From the NCBI RefSeq assembly GCF_048403405.1, contig NZ_CP183129.1: DNA of 64,000 bases; one strand, 5' to 3'. Below the pieces are notes generated by a model that saw only the letters and a program-made list of their open reading frames with translations, did not search any database and had not been told where the DNA came from. This document shows positions 22,369 to 32,480 of this stretch, piece by piece; the stretch's first letter is position 1; each line of letters starts with the position of its first letter. Origin of the DNA: Escherichia coli. GTDB taxonomy: Bacteria; Pseudomonadota; Gammaproteobacteria; Enterobacterales; Enterobacteriaceae. The translations under genes were made by a program, and so were the position numbers.

Positions 22369-23421
22369 ATGAAAAAGACAGCTATCGCGATTGCAGTGGC
22401 ACTGGCTGGTTTCGCTACCGTAGCGCAGGCCGCTCCGAAAGATAACACCTGGTACACTGGTGCTAAACTGGGCTGGTCCCAGTACCATGACACTGGTTTT
22501 ATTCCTAACAATGGTCCGACCCACGAAAACCAACTGGGTGCAGGTGCTTTTGGTGGTTACCAGGTTAACCCGTATGTTGGCTTTGAAATGGGTTACGACT
22601 GGTTAGGTCGTATGCCGTACAAAGGCGACAACATCAACGGCGCATACAAAGCTCAGGGCGTTCAGCTGACCGCTAAACTGGGTTACCCAATCACTGACGA
22701 TCTGGACATCTACACTCGTCTGGGTGGTATGGTATGGCGTGCAGACACCAAGGCTAACGTACCTGGTGGCGCATCTTTTAAAGACCACGATACCGGCGTT
22801 TCTCCGGTCTTCGCTGGCGGTGTTGAGTATGCGATCACTCCTGAAATCGCTACCCGTCTGGAATACCAGTGGACCAACAACATCGGTGACGCACACACCA
22901 TCGGTACTCGTCCGGACAACGGCATGCTGAGCCTGGGTGTTTCCTACCGTTTCGGTCAGGGCGAAGCAGCTCCAGTAGTTGCTCCGGCTCCAGCTCCGGC
23001 ACCGGAAGTACAGACCAAGCACTTCACTCTGAAGTCTGACGTTCTGTTCACCTTCAACAAAGCAACCCTGAAACCGGAAGGTCAGGCTGCTCTGGATCAG
23101 CTGTACAGCCAGCTGAGCAACCTGGATCCGAAAGACGGTTCCGTAGTTGTTCTGGGTTACACCGACCGCATCGGTTCTGACGCTTACAACCAGGGTCTGT
23201 CCGAGCGCCGTGCTCAGTCTGTTGTTGATTACCTGATCTCTAAAGGTATCCCGGCAGACAAAATCTCCGCACGTGGTATGGGCGAATCCAACCCGGTTAC
23301 TGGCAACACCTGTGACAACGTGAAACAGCGTGCTGCACTGATCGACTGCCTGGCTCCGGATCGTCGCGTAGAGATCGAAGTTAAAGGCATCAAAGACGTT
23401 GTAACTCAGCCGCAGGCTTAA
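22369..23421 (+). CDS. ompA: Outer membrane protein A (350 aa allele with variant loop sequences)
   Basis: ORF 22297..23421 (GTG start in track); the ATG at 22369 gives [44 protein letters not shown]...; Ala-Pro hinge [10 protein letters not shown] and C-terminal OmpA-like peptidoglycan-binding domain. Confidence 0.96.
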   Translation: MKKTAIAIAVALAGFATVAQAAPKDNTWYTGAKLGWSQYHDTGFIPNNGPTHENQLGAGAFGGYQVNPYVGFEMGYDWLGRMPYKGDNINGAYKAQGVQLTAKLGYPITDDLDIYTRLGGMVWRADTKANVPGGASFKDHDTGVSPVFAGGVEYAITPEIATRLEYQWTNNIGDAHTIGTRPDNGMLSLGVSYRFGQGEAAPVVAPAPAPAPEVQTKHFTLKSDVLFTFNKATLKPEGQAALDQLYSQLSNLDPKDGSVVVLGYTDRIGSDAYNQGLSERRAQSVVDYLISKGIPADKISARGMGESNPVTGNTCDNVKQRAALIDCLAPDRRVEIEVKGIKDVVTQPQA

Positions 23422-23434
23422 GTTCTCGTCTGGT

Positions 23435-23464
23435 AAAAACCCCGCTGCTGCGGGGTTTTTTTTC
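23435..23464 (+). terminator. ompA Rho-independent terminator
   Basis: aaaaaccccgc-tgctg-cggggttttttttt hairpin plus T-tract directly after the ompA stop. Confidence 0.8.
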
Positions 23465-23495
23465 GTCTATAGAAAATTGAACTGACTTTCGTCAG

Positions 23496-23948
23496 TTATT
23501 CCTTACCCAGCAATGCCTGCAGATCCTGCTTCAAAGAAGACATTTTATTCGCGTATTTCTCTTTGTTTTCCGCATCTTCAATCAGCTGAACAATCGTTTC
23601 AGAAAGCGTTTTACCGCGACGCTGCGCAAGACCAGCCAGACGTTGCCAGACAATAAATTCCAGATCGATCGATTTTTTGCGCGTATGCTGGTGTTCCGCA
23701 TTAAAATGGCGCTTCCGTCTGGCCCGAATGGTTTGCTTCATGCGATTGACCAGTTCCGGATTCATATGCTTGTCAATCCAGCCATTTACCAGCACGGGTT
23801 CATTTTCCAGCGAGAGCAACACATCGACGGCTTCCTGGGCGGCACTGGCTTCTATGTAACGGGTGATTAACTCCCCTTCGCGATGCTTCTTCACCAGATA
23901 CTTCCATTTCCAACCGCTTTCAAGATTTTCAAGTTGTTGATATTTCAT
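23496..23948 (-). CDS. matP: Ter macrodomain organiser MatP
   Basis: 150 aa, [66 protein letters not shown]... Confidence 0.93.
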
Positions 23949-24133
23949 AGCGATCTCAATGTTACCGTGTAACTCTTTACAGAATATCAGCTTTTTGGGC
24001 CAGTGAAGAAAAGAATCTCCATCCTGTGAGCTTTAACGCCCATGCCAGGAGTATTGTCGGTGCTTTCTACGTGTGCTGCAGTGCCGGTTACGGTATAATC
24101 GCGGCTTTGACAACAGACTAAAAAACATCAACT

Positions 24134-25894
24134 TTGACCATTACGAAACTTGCATGGCGTGACCTGGTTCCTGATACCGATAGCTATCAGGAAATATTTG
24201 CTCAGCCACATTTGATTGACGAAAACGATCCTTTATTCAGTGATACTCAACCGCGACTGCAATTTGCGCTGGAGCAGTTGCTGCATACGCGAGCATCCTC
24301 CTCTTTTATGCTGGCGAAGGCCCCGGAAGAGTCTGAGTATCTGAATCTTATTGCCGATGCCGCGCGTGCGCTACAAAGCGATGCAGGCCAACTGGTGGGC
24401 GGTCACTATGAGGTTTCCGGGCACACCATCCGCTTACGTAACGCAGTGAGTGCAGATGATAATTTTGCGACTTTAACGCAAGTTGTCGCTGCCGACTGGG
24501 TAGAAGCGGAACAACTCTTTGGCTGCCTGCGCCAGTTTAATGGCGACATTACCCTGCAGCCAGGTCTGGTGCATCAGGCAAATGGCGGTATTCTCATCAT
24601 CTCTTTGCGTACACTGCTGGCGCAACCTCTGCTGTGGATGCGGCTGAAAAATATCGTTAACCGCGAGCGTTTTGACTGGGTTGCGTTTGATGAGTCGCGC
24701 CCTCTCCCCGTCTCTGTGCCTTCGATGCCATTGAAGCTGAAAGTCATTCTGGTAGGCGAACGCGAATCATTGGCTGATTTCCAGGAGATGGAACCAGAGC
24801 TTTCAGAGCAGGCTATTTATAGCGAATTTGAAGATACTCTGCAGATTGTCGATGCGGAGTCAGTAAGCCAGTGGTGTCGCTGGGTAACATTGACCGCCAG
24901 ACATAATCACTTACCTGCACCGGGAGCGGATGCCTGGCCGGTGCTTATCCGCGAAGCAGCACGCTACACCGGTGAACAAGAAACACTTCCGCTTAGCCCG
25001 CAGTGGATCCTCCGCCAGTGTAAAGAGGTCGCCTCCCTGTGCGATGGCGACACCTTCTCCGGCGAGCAGCTAAACTTAATGCTACAGCAGCGTGAATGGC
25101 GCGAAGGTTTCCTCGCTGAACGCATGCAGGATGAGATTCTTCAGGAGCAAATCCTGATTGAAACCGAAGGCGAACGCATCGGGCAAATTAACGCCCTTTC
25201 GGTCATTGAATTTCCGGGTCATCCACGCGCTTTTGGCGAACCTTCTCGCATTAGCTGCGTTGTGCATATTGGCGATGGTGAATTCACCGACATCGAACGC
25301 AAAGCGGAGCTTGGCGGCAATATCCATGCGAAAGGGATGATGATCATGCAGGCGTTCCTGATGTCGGAACTACAGCTTGAGCAACAGATCCCCTTCTCAG
25401 CATCGCTGACATTTGAGCAGTCATACAGTGAAGTGGATGGCGATAGTGCCTCGATGGCTGAACTCTGCGCCCTGATAAGCGCCCTCGCCGATGTGCCGGT
25501 GAATCAGAGTATCGCTATCACAGGTTCAGTCGATCAGTTCGGTCGTGCCCAGCCGGTCGGTGGTTTAAATGAGAAAATCGAAGGCTTCTTTGCTATTTGC
25601 CAGCAACGTGAGTTAACCGGGAAACAAGGTGTCATTATCCCCACTGCTAACATTCGCCATTTAAGTCTTCACAGTGAACTGGTGAAAGCGGTAGAAGAAG
25701 GCAAATTCACCATCTGGGCAGTAGACGATGTAACTGACGCACTGCCGTTATTATTAAATCTGGTGTGGGATGGCGAAGGCCAAACGACGCTGATGCAAAC
25801 CATCCAGGAACGTATCGCGCAAGCATCGCAACAGGAAGGACGTCACCGTTTTCCATGGCCATTACGTTGGCTGAACTGGTTTATTCCGAACTGA
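24134..25894 (+). CDS. ycbZ: Lon-like protease YcbZ (S16 peptidase domain, no recognisable P-loop)
   Basis: 586 aa ORF (TTG start in track), [22 protein letters not shown]...; C-terminal region carries the Lon Ser-Lys dyad context (DGDSAS ... GGLNEKIEG). Confidence 0.88.
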
Positions 25895-25962
25895 TCGGAC
25901 TTGTTCAGCGTACACGTGTTAGCTATCCTGCGTGCTTCAATAAAATAAGGCTTACAGAGAAC

Positions 25963-26481
25963 ATGGTAGATAAACGCGAATCCTATACAAAAGAAGACCT
26001 TCTTGCCTCTGGTCGCGGTGAACTGTTTGGCGCTAAAGGTCCGCAATTGCCAGCACCGAACATGCTGATGATGGACCGTGTGGTCAAAATGACCGAAACG
26101 GGTGGTAACTTCGACAAAGGGTATGTTGAAGCAGAACTGGATATCAATCCGGATCTGTGGTTCTTCGGATGCCACTTCATTGGTGATCCGGTTATGCCAG
26201 GATGTCTGGGCCTGGACGCAATGTGGCAGCTGGTAGGGTTCTACCTCGGCTGGCTGGGCGGCGAAGGTAAAGGCCGCGCGCTGGGCGTTGGCGAAGTGAA
26301 ATTCACTGGTCAGGTACTGCCGACAGCGAAAAAAGTGACCTACCGTATTCACTTTAAACGCATTGTTAACCGTCGTCTGATTATGGGCCTGGCGGATGGC
26401 GAAGTGCTGGTTGATGGTCGTCTGATCTATACCGCCAGCGACCTGAAAGTCGGTCTGTTCCAGGATACGTCTGCCTTCTGA
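25963..26481 (+). CDS. fabA: 3-hydroxydecanoyl-ACP dehydratase/isomerase FabA
   Basis: ORF 25765..26481; the ATG at 25963 gives [45 protein letters not shown]... (172 aa). Confidence 0.96.
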
Positions 26482-26510
26482 TTATAATCAGACAGAGTAT
26501 CAAAAGGCGA

Positions 26511-26538
26511 AACCTCCGCAATGCGGAGGTTTCTTTTT
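26511..26538. terminator. Rho-independent terminator after fabA (between convergent fabA and rmf)
   Basis: aacctccgca-atgcggaggtt hairpin followed by tctttttaa. Confidence 0.7.
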
Positions 26539-26550
26539 AAAGAGACAGAA

Positions 26551-26718
26551 TCAGGCCATTACTACCCTGTCCGCCATGGCTTCTCGCCAGCCTCCCAGCC
26601 ATTGTGACCTTTGATTCAGCGTCTGATAGGGACACATTTCTTTTGAGCGTCCGGCGATGCCGGCCTGATAACCACGTTGATGTGCCCGTTCCAGGCGATC
26701 TCGTTTTTGTCTCTTCAT
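26551..26718 (-). CDS. rmf: Ribosome modulation factor (55 aa)
   Basis: Hand-translated minus-strand ORF: MKRQKRDRLERAHQRGYQAGIAGRSKEMCPYQTLNQRSQWLGGWREAMADRVVMA; absent from the ORF track (below cutoff). The track ORF 26537..26734 is in a different frame. Confidence 0.9.
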   Translation of the reverse strand: MKRQKRDRLERAHQRGYQAGIAGRSKEMCPYQTLNQRSQWLGGWREAMADRVVMA

Positions 26719-26973
26719 GCCTCGTTTCCCTCATACTGGTTTCTGGTGGAAAAGAAAACAGTGATTACTAAATGTGCAATCACAGTTAAGCAATACCGCG
26801 AATCATAACTGCCGTCAATGCGCAAAATTCACGCCACTGTCATATTTGTGAGCTACACGGGCATGTCAGTTGTACAAAAAATGTGAAGAGGAACAACTTT
26901 TTCCGCAAGTTAGAAACAAAAAAACCGCCTCAGGCAACATACCGGAGACGGTTATATTTACAAATCTTTATGA

Positions 26974-27537
26974 TTACGGTAGACGCTTTATCTCTTGCGC
27001 AATAGAAGCGGCTTCCTGACTCCAGACACTGGCCAGCACTTTAACCATTTCATCGTAACCATCCTGAGTTTGCACCCCTTCCAGACGGAACGGACGTTTG
27101 ATCAGTTGTCCCTGGTGGTTCAACAGCCACTCACCACTGACAATGACCTTGCCATCATATCGCCCGTTAAACTCCGTTACGGTAACATTGAGCGTATCCT
27201 GGGCGCTTCCCAGAGGCTGGGAGGCAACCACCCAGCCGGGCAGTTGCGTGCTCAGGTTGGCAACCAGAGTGTTGCGCAACTGTTGATCCAACGGGCTGGC
27301 CCACAAGTTGTTGTTGGCAATCACATACTTCACATCACTGGTTTGATAAACCACACCATTCCCCGCCAGATAGTCAGGAACAGTGACCTGCTCTACCCAT
27401 AACAGGCGATTACCCTGGCTGGCGGTACTTTGTGTACCGCTCTGCACCACAGGTAACTGGTAATAGTTTTTATTAATTTCGCCGGAGCTGCATCCGGCCA
27501 GCCACAGTGCTGCAATCGTCACTAGCCACTTTTTCAT
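26974..27537 (-). CDS. pqiC: Lipoprotein PqiC (YmbA)
   Basis: 187 aa, MKKWLVTIAALWLAGCSSGEINKNYYQLPV..., lipobox LAGC; ATGA overlap with pqiB. Confidence 0.92.
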   Translation of the reverse strand: MKKWLVTIAALWLAGCSSGEINKNYYQLPVVQSGTQSTASQGNRLLWVEQVTVPDYLAGNGVVYQTSDVKYVIANNNLWASPLDQQLRNTLVANLSTQLPGWVVASQPLGSAQDTLNVTVTEFNGRYDGKVIVSGEWLLNHQGQLIKRPFRLEGVQTQDGYDEMVKVLASVWSQEAASIAQEIKRLP

Positions 27538-29174
27538 TGTTTCGCCCTCTTCGGCTCTGGATCTTTTTTGTCCTTCGCTTCAAATACCAGCGCGTTACTC
27601 TTCTCATTGAGCGTTTTCAGCACCGGTTGCAGTTCTCGCAACACCTGATCAAGGCGCTGCATATCCGCCACCATCTTGTTGTAGGCTGCGGAGCCAGGCT
27701 GGAAGCCCTGCATGCTGCGATTCAATTCACGCAACGTTGACTGCATATCCATCGGCAGCTGCTGCATCGACTGGCTGGCGAGGATCTTGTTCATGCTATC
27801 CAGCGTCGTTTGCAGGTTTTTCATTGTGCGCTGACTTTCAGAAAGCGTACTGGTTGCCTGTTCAATCATCGGATTCAATGGCAGTTTGTTGATCTTATCC
27901 AACGCTTCCATCAGTCGTTGTTGGATTTGCGCCAGACCGCCGCTAACGGTCGGGATAATCTGATAGCCATTAAATTCACGAATACCGGTTATTGCAGGCG
28001 TATTTGGATAGAAATCGAGATCAACATACAGTGCGCCAGTGACCAGGTTTCCGGTTTTCAGCGATCCGCGTAAACCACGTTTCAACAATTCGCCAAGGTG
28101 CTCAACAACATCCGCATTTTCGCCAAGCTGCATTTTCAGCCGCTCTGGCTCGATACGAATCAGTACCGGAATACGGTAATCATCGTTAAATGTCTGACGC
28201 ATATTCGGCGCAAAGAATGGCACTTTGCTTACGGTACCCAGGCGAATACCCCGGAATTCTACCGGAGCTCCCGGTTGCAGACCGCGTACCGAATCTTTAA
28301 AGAACATCAGATAATCAATGTGATCGGTGTACAACGAATCCTGAATGCTCTTCTGATCATCATACAAAACGAAAGCTGTTTTCGGTGCCACTGGCTGCCC
28401 TAAATCCAGACCTTCCGGCACATCAAAGCTGACACCGCCACTAAGCAGCGTTGTCAATGAGCCCATCTCCACACGCATCCCCGCTGACGTCAGATCAACC
28501 GCAATGCCACTATCTTTCCAGAAGCGAACATTGCTGGTCACCAGTCGGTCATAAGGTGCATTGATGAACAGTTGATAGCTGATATTGCGTTTTTGCGTAT
28601 CGAAGGTGCTGGTTTCAACCGAACCTACCCGATAGCCACGGAACAGCACGGGATCTCCTGGCGAGAGCTGCCCGGCTTTTTTGCTATCGAGAATCACACG
28701 GATACCTTTCGCATCAGGCGGGGCCAACGGTGGTGAGTCCAGCAAATCGTATTTATCCATTTTGCTGCCTTTCGCGCCTGGCTGCAGTTCGATATAAACC
28801 CCAGACAGCAGCGTTCCCAGGCCGCTAATCCCTTCTCGACCAATCTGCGGTTTCACCACCCAAAAGACGGTATCTTTATGCAGCAATTTTTCCATACCGG
28901 AATTCAGCCGCGCTTTGATTTCAACGTGCGTCAAATCATCAGCCAGTGTGGCGCTTTCAACCACGCCGACGTCAACGCTACGGCTTTTAATGGTGGTTTT
29001 ACCACCTTCTATTCCTTCCGCATTCGCGGTGATCAGGGTCACTTCCGGCCCCTGATGGCTGTAATGATAAAAAAGAACCCAGGCCCCAATGAGCGCCGTG
29101 ACGATAGGAAATATCCACACGGGAGACCAGTTCTTCACTTTCTGGATTTTGGCTTCCCCATTATTAGATTCCAT
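27534..29174 (-). CDS. pqiB: Paraquat-inducible protein B (MCE-domain periplasm-spanning transport protein)
   Basis: ORF 27534..29234; the ATG at 29174 gives MESNNGEAKIQKVKNWSPVWIFPIVTALIGAWVLFYHY... (546 aa). Confidence 0.93.
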   Translation of the reverse strand: MESNNGEAKIQKVKNWSPVWIFPIVTALIGAWVLFYHYSHQGPEVTLITANAEGIEGGKTTIKSRSVDVGVVESATLADDLTHVEIKARLNSGMEKLLHKDTVFWVVKPQIGREGISGLGTLLSGVYIELQPGAKGSKMDKYDLLDSPPLAPPDAKGIRVILDSKKAGQLSPGDPVLFRGYRVGSVETSTFDTQKRNISYQLFINAPYDRLVTSNVRFWKDSGIAVDLTSAGMRVEMGSLTTLLSGGVSFDVPEGLDLGQPVAPKTAFVLYDDQKSIQDSLYTDHIDYLMFFKDSVRGLQPGAPVEFRGIRLGTVSKVPFFAPNMRQTFNDDYRIPVLIRIEPERLKMQLGENADVVEHLGELLKRGLRGSLKTGNLVTGALYVDLDFYPNTPAITGIREFNGYQIIPTVSGGLAQIQQRLMEALDKINKLPLNPMIEQATSTLSESQRTMKNLQTTLDSMNKILASQSMQQLPMDMQSTLRELNRSMQGFQPGSAAYNKMVADMQRLDQVLRELQPVLKTLNEKSNALVFEAKDKKDPEPKRAKQ

Positions 29175-29178
29175 ACTG

Positions 29179-30432
29179 TCAGGACTCCTCATGCTCTGAT
29201 TCAGGTTGACGATCCCACGACAAACGTGGGTCAAACGTCATAGCAGAAAACATTGTCATTATGACGACTAAAGCAAACATTAATGCACCCATTGCCGGAT
29301 AAATACTCATTAAACCTCCCATACGCACCAGCGCCGAGAGCACCGCGATAACGAAAACGTCAATCATCGACCAGCGGCCTACAAACTCAACAACTTCATA
29401 AATCAAATGCATTCTTTCACTGTCGCGCTTGCCATGCCCTTTGGCATCCCAACACAACCACGCTATGGCGATCATCTTTAACGTTGGCACCATAATACTG
29501 GCCAGAAAGATAACCGCAGCGACGGGATAAGATCCTTCGCTCCATAACAGGATGACCCCAGCGAGAATCGTCGACGGCATCTTCGAGCCTAATAAATCCG
29601 TCACCATGATGGGCAAAATATTAGCCGGAAGATACAGCATGATGGACGTAACAAGCAGCGCGAGTGTCCATTGCAGGCTGTTTCTACGTCGAACGTACCC
29701 TTTGGTACTACAACGCGGGCACACGGGTTCGTCAGCAGGAAGGATTGCCGTACAACAGGAGCACGAACGCAGCCCCTGACGTATCCCCGTGACGCCAGGT
29801 TTTAGCGGCTGGCGCAGTTCTGGCATCGGGGCGATATCGTCCCATAACCAGCGACGATCAACGCACTGAAAGGCGCGCAGTTGCAGGACACAAAATAAAC
29901 ACCAGGGGAGAAAGCTGCTGCCGACACCAATGCTGCCGTAGGCCATCAGTTTAACGAAACTGACCAGCACACCCGCGAGGAAAATCTCCGCCATTCCCCA
30001 GGTTTTGAGTTGAAAAAGCACCCGTGCCAGTTGCTCTTTTAAACGGACCGGTAATTCCGCGCGATTCACCAGTAACAGAATGGTTATCAGACAAAACGCG
30101 GGAACCAGTTGCACAAACAACAGGAAAAAGGTGCCGAGGCTGGCGTAGTCCTCAGAAAAAAGCACGCCGGGAATTTCCAGTAATGTAATTTCACTGGTAA
30201 CTCCTGCAACGTTCATATTCACAAAAGGAAACAAGTTGGACAGCAACAGCATGAACAGTGCAGCCAACGCATAGGCGGTGGGACGCTGCCGAGGGGCATC
30301 CCACGCCACGGTTAACGTTGTGCCACACCGGGGACATGCCGCTTTCTGACCATGCTCAAGGCGCGGTAACGCCACCAGCATGTCACACTGCGAGCACAGG
30401 ATGTGCTTCGCGGCATGATGATGTTCGCACAT
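29179..30432 (-). CDS. pqiA: Paraquat-inducible protein A (inner membrane)
   Basis: 417 aa, MCEHHHAAKHILCSQCDMLVALPRLEHGQKAACPRCGTTL..., paired Cys-rich motifs. Confidence 0.93.
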   Translation of the reverse strand: MCEHHHAAKHILCSQCDMLVALPRLEHGQKAACPRCGTTLTVAWDAPRQRPTAYALAALFMLLLSNLFPFVNMNVAGVTSEITLLEIPGVLFSEDYASLGTFFLLFVQLVPAFCLITILLLVNRAELPVRLKEQLARVLFQLKTWGMAEIFLAGVLVSFVKLMAYGSIGVGSSFLPWCLFCVLQLRAFQCVDRRWLWDDIAPMPELRQPLKPGVTGIRQGLRSCSCCTAILPADEPVCPRCSTKGYVRRRNSLQWTLALLVTSIMLYLPANILPIMVTDLLGSKMPSTILAGVILLWSEGSYPVAAVIFLASIMVPTLKMIAIAWLCWDAKGHGKRDSERMHLIYEVVEFVGRWSMIDVFVIAVLSALVRMGGLMSIYPAMGALMFALVVIMTMFSAMTFDPRLSWDRQPESEHEES

Positions 30433-30561
30433 TGGTACTCCTTAATGATGCGCTATTTTACAGATGACTAACAAAGTGTTGGTTTTCATGCCTGATAAAC
30501 CCAGTTCATCAGGCAATTTTACCGTTGTCAGCTGTCTCTGTTTAAATCGACTATTTTGCGA

Positions 30562-32469
30562 TCAGCCACCATTTTTTAACGCTTCAAGATACTCCCAGCG
30601 TTCAAAGGCTTGCTCCAGCTCCTGCTCTGCAGCAGCCATATCGGCGAGCACTTTTTGCGTCTGCTCATGCGGCTGACTGAAGAAGGAAGCATCCGCCACC
30701 TGCGTCTGTAGGGCTTCCAGCTTCGCCTCCAGATCTTCGAGCAATTGCGGTAGCTGCTCCAGTTCGCGCTGCAATTTATAGCTTAGTTTGCTACTGCTGC
30801 GTTTTACAGTTTCTGCTTTTGGCGCGGCGGCTTCTTCGATTTTTTTCACCGCAGGCTGTTTGAGCGCCACATACTGTTCTTGCTGACCACGGGCATCATG
30901 ATAACCGCCGACATAACGACCAATTTTACCGCCGCCTTCGAAGATCCAGCATTCTGTAACGGTGTTATCGACAAACTGACGATCGTGGCTCACCAGCAAT
31001 ACCGTGCCCTGGTAGCTGTCGATCAGTTCTTCCAGCAGTTCCAGCGTTTCAACATCAAGATCGTTGGTCGGTTCGTCAAGAATCAATAAGTTGCTTGGTT
31101 TGAGGAACAAACGCGCCAACAACAAGCGGTTACGCTCACCGCCAGAAAGCGCACGTACCGGCGTCATCGCCCGTTTCGGATGGAACAGGAAGTCCTGCAA
31201 ATAGCCCAAAACATGGCGTGGCTTGCCGTTAACCATCACCTCTTGCTTACCTTCAGCAAGGTTATCCATCACCGTTTTATCGGGATCCAGTTCCGCACGG
31301 TGCTGATCGAAATAAGCCACTTCCAGTTTGGTGCCAACGTGAATACGCCCGCTGTCCGCCTGAAGCTGACCGAGCATCAGTTTCAGCAGCGTGGTTTTGC
31401 CGCATCCATTCGGACCAATCAGGGCAATTTTGTCGCCACGTAGAACCTGGGCAGAAAAATCTTTCACCAGTTGCTTACCGTCGACCTGGTAGCAAACGTC
31501 TTCCATTTCGAAAACGATCTTACCGGAGCGGCTGGCCTCTTCCACCTGCATCTTTGCGGTACCCATCACTTCGCGACGTTCGCCACGCTCGCGACGCATT
31601 GCTTTCAGGGCGCGTACGCGGCCTTCATTACGGGTACGGCGTGCTTTGATCCCCTGGCGGATCCACACCTCTTCCTGCGCCAGTTTGCGATCGAACTCGG
31701 CATTTTGTAGTTCTTCCACACGCAGAGCTTCTTCTTTTTCCAGCAGGTACTGGTCGTAATTCCCTGGATAGGTCACAAGTTTGCCGCGATCGAGATCAAC
31801 AATGCGCGTCGCCATATTGCGGATAAACGAACGGTCGTGGGAGATGAAAATTATCGTCCCATTGAAGGTTTTGAGAAACCCTTCCAGCCAGTCGATGGTT
31901 TCGATATCCAGGTGGTTAGTCGGTTCGTCGAGCAGCAATACGCGCGGATTGCTCACCAGCGCGCGTCCTAATGCCGCTTTACGCAACCAACCGCCGGAAA
32001 GCGACGACAGCGCAACATTAGGATCTAACCCCAGTTGCGCCAGCACTTCGTTGATGCGGTTTTCCAGCTGCCACAGGTTGTGGTGATCCAGCTGTTCCTG
32101 AACCTTCGCCAGTTCGTTGAGATTTTTCTCGCTCGGGTCGTTCATCACCAGGCGCGAAATATCGTGATAGCGTTTCAGGTATTCCGCTTGTTCTTCAATG
32201 CCTTCGGCAACGAAATCATAAACGCTACCCTCAACGTTACGCGGCGGATCCTGTTGCAGACGAGCGACAATCAAATCTTGCTCGTAAATAATGCGACCGT
32301 CATCCAGCCCCTGTTCACGGTTGAGGATTTTCATTAACGTCGATTTGCCTGCGCCGTTGCGGCCCACCAGACAAACACGTTCGTTATCTTCGATATGCAG
32401 TTCTGCGTTATCGAGAAGCGGCGCGTCGCTGAACGACAGCCATGCGCCATGCATACTGATTAATGACAT
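30562..32469 (-). CDS. uup: ABC-F ATPase Uup
   Basis: 635 aa with two ABC cassettes (GRNGAGKST and GPNGCGKTT Walker A motifs) and C-terminal coiled-coil. Confidence 0.95.
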   Translation of the reverse strand: MSLISMHGAWLSFSDAPLLDNAELHIEDNERVCLVGRNGAGKSTLMKILNREQGLDDGRIIYEQDLIVARLQQDPPRNVEGSVYDFVAEGIEEQAEYLKRYHDISRLVMNDPSEKNLNELAKVQEQLDHHNLWQLENRINEVLAQLGLDPNVALSSLSGGWLRKAALGRALVSNPRVLLLDEPTNHLDIETIDWLEGFLKTFNGTIIFISHDRSFIRNMATRIVDLDRGKLVTYPGNYDQYLLEKEEALRVEELQNAEFDRKLAQEEVWIRQGIKARRTRNEGRVRALKAMRRERGERREVMGTAKMQVEEASRSGKIVFEMEDVCYQVDGKQLVKDFSAQVLRGDKIALIGPNGCGKTTLLKLMLGQLQADSGRIHVGTKLEVAYFDQHRAELDPDKTVMDNLAEGKQEVMVNGKPRHVLGYLQDFLFHPKRAMTPVRALSGGERNRLLLARLFLKPSNLLILDEPTNDLDVETLELLEELIDSYQGTVLLVSHDRQFVDNTVTECWIFEGGGKIGRYVGGYHDARGQQEQYVALKQPAVKKIEEAAAPKAETVKRSSSKLSYKLQRELEQLPQLLEDLEAKLEALQTQVADASFFSQPHEQTQKVLADMAAAEQELEQAFERWEYLEALKNGG

Positions 32470-32480
32470 TACTATTCCTT

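Noticed and set aside
26537-26734. 65-aa ORF from the track at the rmf locus
   Set aside because: It is in a different frame from the 55-aa Rmf sequence, which translates cleanly in the overlapping frame; the track ORF is an artefact.
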